A program made the position numbers and the translations under genes. Source: a virus (Duplodnaviria; Caudoviricetes). Taken from it: a stretch of 27,958 nt of DNA. The notes under the pieces were generated by a model. That model worked only from the letters and a program-made list of their open reading frames with translations, was not told the DNA's origin and ran no database searches. The stretch spans positions 1 to 27,958 of IMG/VR virus record IMGVR_UViG_3300031974_001917. One strand, given 5' to 3'. Positions 15,817 to 24,900 of this stretch are shown here, in pieces; the first letter of the stretch is position 1, and each line of letters starts with the position of its first letter.

Positions 15817-16698
15817 TTATCTCTCCAATAGGTCATCAATCAGACCACTGTTGACCAGCTGTGAACCAATCCATTGACTGCACTGTGGAACAATGGCATT
15901 TCCCAAGGCTTTCAATCTGTGTCTGTTGTTTCTTCTGGTAGTTCTGTCCAGTCCTGTGGGAATCCCATCATCCATTCCACGAATTGTGGGTTCAGGTATT
16001 TGGGATTCTCTCCAGAATGATGTGCTCCCACCACTACATGGATTGTTGGTGTGTCTCTTTTGTGTTCTGCTGGATACCCTCCTTCTTTGAACATGTGTGC
16101 TGTGGGTGTTGGAAGGTTTTTCATTCTGTGGTCTCCACTGCTGTATGTCTGACCTCTGACCAATCTTCTGTGAAGTCCTCCAGTCCCGTGTTTGTCCGGG
16201 TCGCTTGCTGTTGGGGTAGGCAATACAAAACCACCTTTTTCTGATGTGGGGTGCTCCACATTGTGCAGCTGATATAATCGACCATTGACAGTCATACCCG
16301 ATTTGGGCAAGGCTTCCAATGACATCGGTTCCACCCACAGAAGTGATTGCTGCGACATTCTCCAACACAATGATTCTTGGTTCCAGTATGCCAATGATTC
16401 TGTGCATTTCCCACCAAAGACTAGATTTTTTCCCTTCATGAATACCTCTTTGTAATCCTGCTATTGATATGTCTTGACAAGGGAATCCACCACACAGGAT
16501 ATCAATGGGTTCCACTTGATTGTTGATTGTTCTGACATCATCATAGATGATTGCATTGGGCCAATGTTTGGCCAGTATCTTCTGACAGTATGGTTCTTGT
16601 TCACACTGCCAGACTGTTTCACTGTTGGGTATTGCTCTTTCCAGTCCGAGTTCAAAACCTCCAATACCACTGAACAGACTTCCAATTTTGATTGTCAT
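15817..16698 (-). CDS. DNA (cytosine-5) methyltransferase, large (alpha) polypeptide, 293 aa
   Basis: Motif I LFSGIGG, IV GGFPCQD, VI LENV, VIII RKRWF, X LGNAIVP; no recognisable motif IX in this frame. Confidence 0.92.
   Translation of the reverse strand: MTIKIGSLFSGIGGFELGLERAIPNSETVWQCEQEPYCQKILAKHWPNAIIYDDVRTINNQVEPIDILCGGFPCQDISIAGLQRGIHEGKKSSLWWEMHRIIGILEPRIIVLENVAAITSVGGTDVIGSLAQIGYDCQWSIISAAQCGAPHIRKRWFCIAYPNSKRPGQTRDWRTSQKIGQRSDIQQWRPQNEKPSNTHSTHVQRRRVSSRTQKRHTNNPCSGGSTSFWRESQIPEPTIRGMDDGIPTGLDRTTRRNNRHRLKALGNAIVPQCSQWIGSQLVNSGLIDDLLER
15912..16439 (-). CDS. Nested out-of-frame gene: putative methyltransferase small (beta) polypeptide, 175 aa
   Basis: AAAGAGGT upstream of ATG; two LPTPTA repeats; motif IX-like LNPQFVEWMMGFPQDWT. 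Confidence 0.75.
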   Translation of the reverse strand: MKGKNLVFGGKCTESLAYWNQESLCWRMSQQSLLWVEPMSLEALPKSGMTVNGRLYQLHNVEHPTSEKGGFVLPTPTASDPDKHGTGGLHRRLVRGQTYSSGDHRMKNLPTPTAHMFKEGGYPAEHKRDTPTIHVVVGAHHSGENPKYLNPQFVEWMMGFPQDWTELPEETTDTD

Positions 16699-16706
16699 GT
16701 TGTTTC

Positions 16707-17135
16707 CTATGATTGTTGTGTTGTTGTCATTGTGTATATTCTCCATTGTGTGTGTGGTTCTTCTGCTTTGGAACAATACCAGTCTTCAGCTGTGATGGAC
16801 ACCACTTGATTGTCATCCAACCATACTTCTGCTTTGGTCAACACATCCATGACCATCTTGATAAGATTGTCAATGTCTGGTTTGGTGGTCTTGGGTATTC
16901 TGGCCACTGTGTCTTTCTTCCGGTTCAGTCTCTGTGGTCTCTTATGACAGAATGTGATTGACAACTTGACTGGTCCATCCAATGGTGCATCCACAGCATC
17001 CAAGGCATCCAACATGGACTTCTGATAGTCTCTGGACTTCTTTGGTGTGTATGCACCGAATCTGGACATTCTTGGTCGACCAAGTGCAACCGGGTCACTG
17101 TGGAATGTTCCTTGGCTGTGAAGAACCCACATCAT
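16707..17135 (-). CDS. rusA: RusA-family Holliday junction resolvase, 142 aa
   Basis: GRPR, KPDIDNLIKMVMD, WLDDNQV motifs. Confidence 0.92.
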   Translation of the reverse strand: MMWVLHSQGTFHSDPVALGRPRMSRFGAYTPKKSRDYQKSMLDALDAVDAPLDGPVKLSITFCHKRPQRLNRKKDTVARIPKTTKPDIDNLIKMVMDVLTKAEVWLDDNQVVSITAEDWYCSKAEEPHTQWRIYTMTTTQQS

Positions 17136-17620
17136 CTTTCCATCTCAATCTGGTCAGACCATTGTTGGAACAATGTTTCACCATTGACTGGATCCAATGT
17201 GGTGCATATTCTCTTCAATAGATGTACTTCTGGATATGATTCACCTCGAATCCACTTGTGAACAGTGTATCTGGAACATCCAATGGTGTGTGCAAGTGAT
17301 TGGATGTTGGTGCAGCTGCTTTGGATGGCCATCTTCAACATCAACTTGAACTGTGGCTTCTGTAGTGCCAGAATCTTTTGTTCTGCCCAATCAACACAGC
17401 CTTGACTGGATGTGAAGTCAAGATGGCTGTAGGTTTGTCCATCATGGGTCAATACTGCTTCCCACACATAACAAGTGAACTGTGGATGCCAGTATCTTTT
17501 CACCACACCAACTGTTCTTCCATCAAACTTGATGTCTATGTTGTCTATGATGTCACCAAACCTTTTTCTGGCTGCTGTTCTTCCATGTCTTCTGATGTAG
17601 TCTCTGATTTCTTGTGTCAT
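17132..17620 (-). CDS. Protein with C-terminal XRE HTH domain, 162 aa
   Basis: IQSLAHTIGCSRYTVHKWIRGESYP; GGAG RBS; ATGA overlaps. Confidence 0.8.
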   Translation of the reverse strand: MTQEIRDYIRRHGRTAARKRFGDIIDNIDIKFDGRTVGVVKRYWHPQFTCYVWEAVLTHDGQTYSHLDFTSSQGCVDWAEQKILALQKPQFKLMLKMAIQSSCTNIQSLAHTIGCSRYTVHKWIRGESYPEVHLLKRICTTLDPVNGETLFQQWSDQIEMER

Positions 17621-17889
17621 TGTTGTTTCTCCAGTCTTTTGATTGAATAGTTGTATTCTGGGATTGTTTGCAAGGCTTCATGGATTAGATTGATGAAGTC
17701 CTGTTTGTTTTGATTTGAATGCATAATCAAAGTTTCACAAAGAACTATAACAGTTGGAAACATCAATGGATGTCTTCTCAGATATCCCGGTTTCAGTATC
17801 GACAAAGTCACACCAGACTTTCTTGATAGTTCTGCTTTGGTGATGTTGTGTTCTTCCAGTTGTTTGTGAAACCAGTCAATGAATGTCAT
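17617..17889 (-). CDS. XRE/Cro-like HTH protein, 90 aa
   Basis: ITKAELSRKSGVTLSIL; GAGGTG RBS. Confidence 0.75.
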   Translation of the reverse strand: MTFIDWFHKQLEEHNITKAELSRKSGVTLSILKPGYLRRHPLMFPTVIVLCETLIMHSNQNKQDFINLIHEALQTIPEYNYSIKRLEKQQ

Positions 17890-17898
17890 GGTCTCACC

Positions 17899-18102
17899 TC
17901 AGATATACATGAATGTTTGTTGGATGTGGACAATCATACCTGGTGTCATTCTTTCAGCTGTCTTCAGTCCAATCCAGTCATCTGTTTGGGCTATGTCTAA
18001 CAGCCAAAACTTGGCTGCTGTCATGGTGTGGAATAACTTGGTCACCACTTCTGATTCTTCATCTTTCTTCCAGATTGCAATGTGAAATTCTCTCACTCTC
18101 AT
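17899..18102 (-). CDS. Hypothetical protein, 67 aa
   Basis: ATGA overlap with upstream gene; fills operon. Confidence 0.65.
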   Translation of the reverse strand: MRVREFHIAIWKKDEESEVVTKLFHTMTAAKFWLLDIAQTDDWIGLKTAERMTPGMIVHIQQTFMYI

Positions 18103-18236
18103 GCCAACACCCCATTGACCAATGTGGCAATGTATGCCAACAGTTTGAATGATGGGAATATCAAGATGGCCATTCCAAGTGCCAAGAAGAAGATTCCAAT
18201 GTTGGTTCCAAGTTGTTTTGATTGTTGTCGTGTCAT
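18099..18236 (-). CDS. Small hydrophobic membrane protein, 45 aa
   Basis: GGAG RBS before ATG 18236; IGIFFLALGMAILIF segment. Confidence 0.6.
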   Translation of the reverse strand: MTRQQSKQLGTNIGIFFLALGMAILIFPSFKLLAYIATLVNGVLA

Positions 18237-18237
18237 G

Positions 18238-18402
18238 TTATTTGTCTCCAGTTGTTGCTTTGATGATTTGAAGCAGTTTTTCATTGATGGTTATAATCAT
18301 TCCAAGTCTAGACATCTCAGAATAATTTTTGTCTGCAGCTGCATCCAGAACCTTGTCTTTCAACAGCTTGATATTGTCTTCTAACACTTGTATCTTGTTC
18401 AT
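18238..18402 (-). CDS. Hypothetical 54 aa helical protein (below the ORF-track size cutoff)
   Basis: Hand-translated MNKIQVLEDNIKLLKDKVLDAAADKNYSEMSRLGMIITINEKLLQIIKATTGDK; AAGGTACAC RBS; stop 1 nt before next ATG. Confidence 0.7.
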   Translation of the reverse strand: MNKIQVLEDNIKLLKDKVLDAAADKNYSEMSRLGMIITINEKLLQIIKATTGDK

Positions 18403-18420
18403 GTGTACCTTCTTTGATAA

Positions 18421-18442
18421 GGAGGAACCCGAAGATCCCTCC
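18421..18442 (-). terminator. cUUCGg tetraloop hairpin (attenuator or mRNA stabiliser)
   Basis: GGAGGGATC-TTCG-GGTTCCTCC; only TTAT follows, so a weak U-tract. Confidence 0.6.
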
Positions 18443-18449
18443 GATTTGA

Positions 18450-18680
18450 TTATTTGTTAGCATGGAAGTCCAATACATAATCCAATGAAACTCCCTCTGG
18501 GCATGTTTTCTCTAATGTTACTAGGAAGTTCTTGAAGATCTCGAAGGCTGCTTCCATATCACCTGAAGCCATAGCAGCGAAGAACTTCGCGCGCGAAGGA
18601 TGGTTCGGATTCTTCTTGAAGAATACCATTAGAGTATCGATTCCGTTATTAGCTAGAATTTGTAGATCTTGATTTGTCAT
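18450..18680 (-). CDS. First early gene, hypothetical 76 aa, atypical composition
   Basis: GAGGTACAAA RBS before ATG 18680; first ORF after consensus promoter. Confidence 0.8.
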   Translation of the reverse strand: MTNQDLQILANNGIDTLMVFFKKNPNHPSRAKFFAAMASGDMEAAFEIFKNFLVTLEKTCPEGVSLDYVLDFHANK

Positions 18681-18726
18681 TTTGTACCTCTTGATTGTTG
18701 TCAGATGGGTTGTCCATCTGTTTATA

Positions 18727-18755
18727 ATTATAAACACTTTTTTAGGGTATGTCAA
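18727..18755 (-). promoter_or_regulatory. Consensus sigma70 early promoter
   Basis: TTGACA-N17-TATAAT with A/T-rich upstream tract. Confidence 0.92.
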
Positions 18756-18777
18756 CAAAAACATTTATTTTTATTTG

Positions 18778-18786
18778 TGTTATACT
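18778..18786 (+). promoter_or_regulatory. Extended -10 promoter
   Basis: TG-t-TATACT 6 nt before ATG 18793. Confidence 0.6.
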
Positions 18787-18792
18787 ATTGGC

Positions 18793-19341
18793 ATGGCTAC
18801 TTTCCACACAATGACAAGACAACAGCGCATGACATATGGTGAAAAGAACTTTCTCAAGTTCTGCAAGCCAATGGTGCAAGACATGTTCCCTGGTGAATGG
18901 CACAGCTGCAATGCATCCACATTGGACACAGACCATGGTGTTGATTTCATTGTAGTCAATGGGGCACAGACCACCACAATCAGTGCAAGATGTTGGATGG
19001 CCTATCCACAATCACACTTTGCACTGAGATGGAGAAGGACCGGTGCAATTGAACGACATCTGGAACTGGATTCCAGACTGGCAGCATTCACCAATGGTGA
19101 ACTGATGTCTGATTGGACCATCGAGGGATTCCACTATCAAAACCGTTCATATGTGGCTGCTGTTCCAACCAAGATATTGTTCGAACATGTACACCAGTTT
19201 TATGATGCACTACCCACATTCCAGATATTCAACAACACTGACAGTGTGTACTTCAAAAGGATTCCATTTATCAGAATCCATGACCATGTTCACAAATTTA
19301 TCGGTCTTTGTCCTGAACAACCCTGTCCAAACTGTTCTTGA
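18793..19341 (+). CDS. Hypothetical protein, possible PD-(D/E)XK nuclease-like fold, 182 aa
   Basis: GE...LDTDHGVDFIV...TISAR pattern; no equally long minus-strand ORF covers this interval. Confidence 0.55.
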   Translation: MATFHTMTRQQRMTYGEKNFLKFCKPMVQDMFPGEWHSCNASTLDTDHGVDFIVVNGAQTTTISARCWMAYPQSHFALRWRRTGAIERHLELDSRLAAFTNGELMSDWTIEGFHYQNRSYVAAVPTKILFEHVHQFYDALPTFQIFNNTDSVYFKRIPFIRIHDHVHKFIGLCPEQPCPNCS

Positions 19342-19603
19342 TGTCTTTTACATCATCTTTGATGACATCTACTTCACCATGAAGTTCCTTCATACTGACA
19401 TTCAATGTCTCCAATCCTTCTCGGTATACTTGTCTATCTTCTTTGTGTGATTCCACGATATTGTCAATCTGTCGAAGATGTCTATCCACCCAGATTGGAA
19501 GGTGTTTTGCCAACCATCGTGCAATAAAGAATATAGCACTGACACAAAGTGCCAAAGCTGCCACTGGTCCTGTGAGAATTTCAAACATCATTTGTTCTGT
19601 CAT
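19298..19603 (-). CDS. Putative holin, 101 aa
   Basis: One N-terminal hydrophobic helix plus coiled coil; ATGA overlap with amidase. Confidence 0.55.
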   Translation of the reverse strand: MTEQMMFEILTGPVAALALCVSAIFFIARWLAKHLPIWVDRHLRQIDNIVESHKEDRQVYREGLETLNVSMKELHGEVDVIKDDVKDIKNSLDRVVQDKDR

Positions 19604-20184
19604 TGTGAACCCCATCTTTCAATGCCTTGGACCATGCCAAGTGCCACTTGTGACATTCCAAAGGGTGTCAACAAGTCATTGTGTGTATCCATGAAAAAGG
19701 GTTCACAACAGATGGCCACTGGCTTTCCAACATTCTTGATGGTATGCCAAGCATTCTTTGTCCAGTCATCTGGTTTGCATTTGATGGCCTTCTGTTTTTT
19801 GACATGAATGACTTGTCCAAGACTGGATGCCATAGCAGCTGCCAGTTCCTTTCCATGGGTGGATTGATGATGATAAAAGAAAGCACCATAATCACCACCA
19901 CCTGCATTCAGATGCATTGCCAGATATACCATCTTGCAATCAAACCGACTTGAATAGTCATTCACTCTGATATGTCTTTGTGTGTATGTTCCATCAGACA
20001 ATGGAATCACTTGATGGCCCAAGTCCATCAATCGCTGTTCCAATATCAAAGCAAGATACCCAGTCCAATGTGCTTCCTTCTCATCATTGGATATCTGACC
20101 ATCTTGATTGATGTCAAAACTGGCCCCACGGTCATCCACTTTGGATGGCTTGCCAGCGTGCTGTCTGTCTATGAATATTAACAT
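19600..20184 (-). CDS. Endolysin, N-acetylmuramoyl-L-alanine amidase (Amidase_3), 194 aa
   Basis: IDRQHAG, E, R, LAMHLNA, AICCEPFFMD Zn-amidase pattern. Confidence 0.85.
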   Translation of the reverse strand: MLIFIDRQHAGKPSKVDDRGASFDINQDGQISNDEKEAHWTGYLALILEQRLMDLGHQVIPLSDGTYTQRHIRVNDYSSRFDCKMVYLAMHLNAGGGDYGAFFYHHQSTHGKELAAAMASSLGQVIHVKKQKAIKCKPDDWTKNAWHTIKNVGKPVAICCEPFFMDTHNDLLTPFGMSQVALGMVQGIERWGSQ

Positions 20185-20214
20185 GTCTCTATAATATCAT
20201 GAATACAGTTCCAT

Positions 20215-21924
20215 TTACACAAGTCTTGGATTCACCAATGGATTCGATTCAAGATGAAGGATGAACCTCCATTGTCCATTGTTCCATGACTTGGACACCA
20301 CTTGGCACTTGTGTTCATTCAATCCAAACTGTGTACTGGAGAAGGATATAACATCACCAACTTCCAAGTATCCGAATGCTGGGAATGCTTGTACTTCGAT
20401 TCCATAGGCACCAAGACCACTGATTCTGATTTTGTCTCTGGCTATTCTGTATGCTGTGTTCATATCCCATACAAAGGGCAGTTCCAACACCACTTCACGC
20501 AATCCGAATCTGGAATAGCTAAGGTCTGAGACCGGGTCTTTTGCCAAGAATGGATTGACATCTTTGGCACTGACAGTTGGGTCAATGGTGATTGTGGACA
20601 AGAAGTGATTGTTCTGGCCTTCATATCCATACTTGACTGTGACTTTGTTCACTGGCTCCACATCCAATGGCTGGAGACCAGTCACCACTTGGAACATTCC
20701 TGATTCCAGAATGTGGAATGATGGATTCACTTGTTCTGATTGATAGTACAGATTCAATCTTGGTTCAATACCATCTGGTCCGTTGAACACCTCGATTGGA
20801 AGATTGGCAATGATGTTTTCTTGCATCCAGTCCAAAGCAATGACTTCTGGGTCATTCACATACCCACCGAACTTGTAACGGTTCAAAACTGCTCTCAGTC
20901 CTTCCCATGCACTTCTGTTGAACTGGAGACCAGTCAGTTCCAGAAGATAAATGCACAGATTGCCACCACCAGACAAAGATTGTCCAGTAATTGGGTCTTG
21001 TCCACCTTCACCATGTCCGGCCCATGAACACCAGAATGTTTGGTCTTCATCCAGTGCTGGTGTGAATCCATTGTCCACCAATACACTTCCAGATTGATAT
21101 GTGGTGTAGCTGTACATAGAACCATCTGCATTGGTGTCTGTTATGACATAGTTGGTGAAGTTTCCACCATCTTGGTCATATATTGTGATTCTGGATGCAT
21201 CCACTTCACCCATGGCAATGATTAGTTTGATCTCCAGATTCACACCAGTTCCAGTTGTGTCGATGATATATGTGGGTGTCACTTTGGCATCTTGTAAGAC
21301 TTCGAATGACTTGGATGTGTCTCTGATGTACCATTCACCCAATGCACCAAAGACCCATGGAACATATTTTCCAACCGGGTATTGAATCATTCTTCCAAGT
21401 GTTGCAGCTCGTTGGTCTAGCCCAGGGAACACAAATGGGTCAATCTCAAAACTGTTGGCCAACAACTTTCTTTTGGTGACATTCAAACCATTCTCGATGC
21501 TGAAGATGATATTGCCCATCGACTTTGTTGGTGTTCCAATGATTGGGTCCACCACCTTTCCTGCAAACAATGGAATCTTGTCTTGTTCTGTGAATGATGT
21601 TTTGCCATTGGAGACCATCACCATTGACAACACAGATGGTGCCAGTTCCAGTGTTCGATTGGCCAACCATTCTGCAATCCAGTTCACATCATCAAAGACC
21701 ACTTCAATGGATACACTGTTGGCTTCAATATTGAACCCCACAATGTCAGTCTGTTGTTCGATACTTGGGTCACCCAGTCCACCATTGTATCTGTGTGTTT
21801 CTCCTGTCAATGTGTCTTCAATGTCAATGGGTATGGTGCTGAATCTGTATGTCTTGCCAAGATAGTCAATGGTCAACAGATAGCACAGTTCTTTTCCTTG
21901 GATGTCATCTGGATGGAGTCTCAT
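20215..21924 (-). CDS. Tail tip/baseplate hub-like protein, 569 aa
   Basis: Last tail gene; PWVFG, SYSRFGLREV and LEVGDVISF tail-protein motifs. Confidence 0.65.
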   Translation of the reverse strand: MRLHPDDIQGKELCYLLTIDYLGKTYRFSTIPIDIEDTLTGETHRYNGGLGDPSIEQQTDIVGFNIEANSVSIEVVFDDVNWIAEWLANRTLELAPSVLSMVMVSNGKTSFTEQDKIPLFAGKVVDPIIGTPTKSMGNIIFSIENGLNVTKRKLLANSFEIDPFVFPGLDQRAATLGRMIQYPVGKYVPWVFGALGEWYIRDTSKSFEVLQDAKVTPTYIIDTTGTGVNLEIKLIIAMGEVDASRITIYDQDGGNFTNYVITDTNADGSMYSYTTYQSGSVLVDNGFTPALDEDQTFWCSWAGHGEGGQDPITGQSLSGGGNLCIYLLELTGLQFNRSAWEGLRAVLNRYKFGGYVNDPEVIALDWMQENIIANLPIEVFNGPDGIEPRLNLYYQSEQVNPSFHILESGMFQVVTGLQPLDVEPVNKVTVKYGYEGQNNHFLSTITIDPTVSAKDVNPFLAKDPVSDLSYSRFGLREVVLELPFVWDMNTAYRIARDKIRISGLGAYGIEVQAFPAFGYLEVGDVISFSSTQFGLNEHKCQVVSKSWNNGQWRFILHLESNPLVNPRLV

Positions 21925-24900
21925 TATTCAACCTCAATCAATGTAACTGTGGCCAGTCTGAACATTTCATCTTGTTCTTCTTCACCCAGTACAGATTCCA
22001 AGGTCACACCACCAGACATTCTGACCATTGCATGGTTATAGTATCTGTTGAAGATGAAGAAGCCATCTTCATCTGTGTCCTTTGGAATGGATGGAAGATA
22101 CACAACTGGCTTCTGTTCACTGAGATGTTGACAGATTCCCAACATACCAAAGACAGCATCTCCATAGTTGGCAATAGGCATGGCACCACTGGCTTGACTG
22201 AACTGCCAGAAGTCTGGATTCAGTTCATAGATGGTCCGACTGTCCACAGGTTCTGTCCATGCCACTTGGAACGTTCTTCTGCCTTCTGACTGCTTGCGGG
22301 CATAGTACATTCCATCATTGGTGGTGTATGATTGGACATTGGGTTCATAGTTGATTGACCGGCCCCGTTGGTATTGTGGTGCCATGAAGTAGATTGAACC
22401 AAAGACCATGGTGCCAATCTGATAGTATCCTTCGAGGGTGTCTTGTGTTGGAATCTCGATTGCATAGGCCACTTCACCTGCACCGGCTGCAGCTTGGAAT
22501 GATTCAGCAACAATGGTCACACTGTCTGGAATCAGATTGATTGTTCCACTGGTTGGAAGTGTCGTTGGGTCCACCAGTTCACTGTCAAAGACCAACACAG
22601 CACTTTTGGCATCTGAAGTCTTGGTCCACAGTCCTTCACTGTTTTGTACTATCTTCACAATGTACTTGTTTTCACCATCCACCAATTCTGCTCTCCATCC
22701 AACACATTCACCATATTTCAGATAGATGTTCTTGGTCAGGTTGTCTGGAACGAGTGTTGCACCAACTCTTTCAAAGCTACCAGACAGACCAGTTGATACA
22801 TCGATGGACACAGCTGTTGACCAACTTGAACCATTCCATGTCTTCAATGTGGCTGTCTTCCAGTTGATGTTTGACAGATGGAGACCAACAACATCATTCA
22901 GACCAAGATTCTTTTCATTGGATTTGGTCACCGGGTCTGTGTACCATGCAATCCGTTCTGTGGATGCATCATCAACACTTCTCCACACCACCCTTGGAGA
23001 CAAAGCAACTTCATGGAACATGTGGTCAATTGGATAATCATATCTAGGTTCAATCTTGTACTGGTCTCCAGCTCTGGCTGGTGCATCTTTGGCACTCAGT
23101 AACAGACCACCATCAATGTATGTATAATCACCATAAGATGGATATACAGCACCACGCAATTCAGCATTTGGTTCACCAATACCACCTGCTGAAACATGCA
23201 TTTCTGACCAGTATGATTCAAAAGACCCAATCGACAGATGGCCCCATTCAAACAAAGTAGTGATCCCCGGTGCCTGCGTTCCAAGTGTCACATCCACTTC
23301 TGTCCACACCTTGGCTTGTTTTTCATCCCATTCACGGAAGTACACTTTGACTTTGGTTCCATCTTGGAACACCATGAATTCATGTGTGGATGTCAAGTCG
23401 AAGTTCTCTGTATGCAGTGTTGAACTGTGGTCCAAGATTCTGAATCCACCCACAGCAAAACGAATCCGCAAAGTGAAACTGTTGCTGCCATCTGTGGACT
23501 GGACTTTGAACAGAATATTGTCAGCTGTCAATGTGGAATTGGTTTCCACTCGCATCTTGAATCTGTAGAATGTGTCATGATACACACTTGGTGTATATCT
23601 GTAATATCTTGTATTAGCACTTGTTTGGATTCTCAGACCCTCCGATTGGATGACATGTGAACCGGCTCCAGTTGTGCTGTATGTGGATGAAGTGTCTGGT
23701 GTCTGATTATGAATCCAGTTGTATTCAAAACCATAATACTGATTTCTGTCTGGTTGCTGTTCTCGTTCTGGATGCTGAACTGAAGACCATCCACCAAGAT
23801 ACAATCCACCAAGACTGAGACCAGTTGAACCACTGGTGGTGTTCACTGCCAAGAATGTTCTTCCTTCCCACACTGCTGCTTTGATGTTTTTCAAGTCTGT
23901 ACCTGAACCACCTTGGAACACAATGGTCTGTGCTACACCACTTGTGAACCCTTCACTGGTCTGTTGCCAACTGGAGCCAAGGTCTTTGGACTGGAAGCCA
24001 TACAAGTCACCAGTTGTATCTCGGACAACAATGAAGATGGTTTCATCTTGGTACCAACAAGCCAGTGTTCCATCCACCAATGTGTCACCAGAAGCTGTGC
24101 AGAATGTCAAAACACCACTGGAGACATCCACTTCATATTCAGATGTATATGAAGTAGTCGCTGCAGCAATACCGGGATTGGGTATCTTGATGAATGACAG
24201 TGTATCTGTGGCACTGAGATAAGCAAAACCCTGTTGACCATTGGGCAATGCAACCCCAACAGGGAATGCATATTCTTCACCATAGAAGCCAAGTGCATAA
24301 AAGCTTGTTCCACTGTCTCTGGATACAAACTGGACCAATTTATTGTCACCAAGTGATGTGACCTTGGAACGGATACCAACAACCAAAGTGATGATGTCAT
24401 CTGATACAATCAGATTGGCAGTGTCCAAGTGGTTCCCGGTACTGGCACTGACATCAATATAGTTGTCCACCAATGCCCTTCTGGATATCTCTTGCCAACT
24501 GTCACCACCATCTGAACTTCTCCACACAAACAGATTGACCACATCGATGTTGGTATAGTTGAAGAAGGTCACAATGATTGAACCATCTTTCAAGACTGCA
24601 ATGCATGGTTTGGCTGTGTTGGCTGGTGAACTGGCCAATGTGGTGGTCAACAATGTGTCCAGTGTTTCAATGCTGCCATTCTGTTTCTGTCTTCTGACTG
24701 TGATTGTGTACACACCAGAATTCACCAACTCTGTGATCCAATACAATGTTCCATCTTTGGATGCTGTGATTCCATAGTCTGAATAGCTTGCTGTGGTATT
24801 GGTGAAGTTCAGATACTTCCAATCTGTGATGACATTGTTGGCATTCTGTGAACACTTGACATCATCAGAACCAGAAAAGACAAAACTGGCCTTCTCACCT

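Noticed and set aside
16461-16685. ORF in the same frame as the nested MTase gene
   Set aside because: Separated from it by a stop at 16461 and explained as an off-frame reading of conserved motifs I-IV
18682-18792. Upstream extensions of ORFs 18682..19341 and 18450..18764
   Set aside because: They run through the AT-rich divergent promoter region; better starts exist at 18793 and 18680
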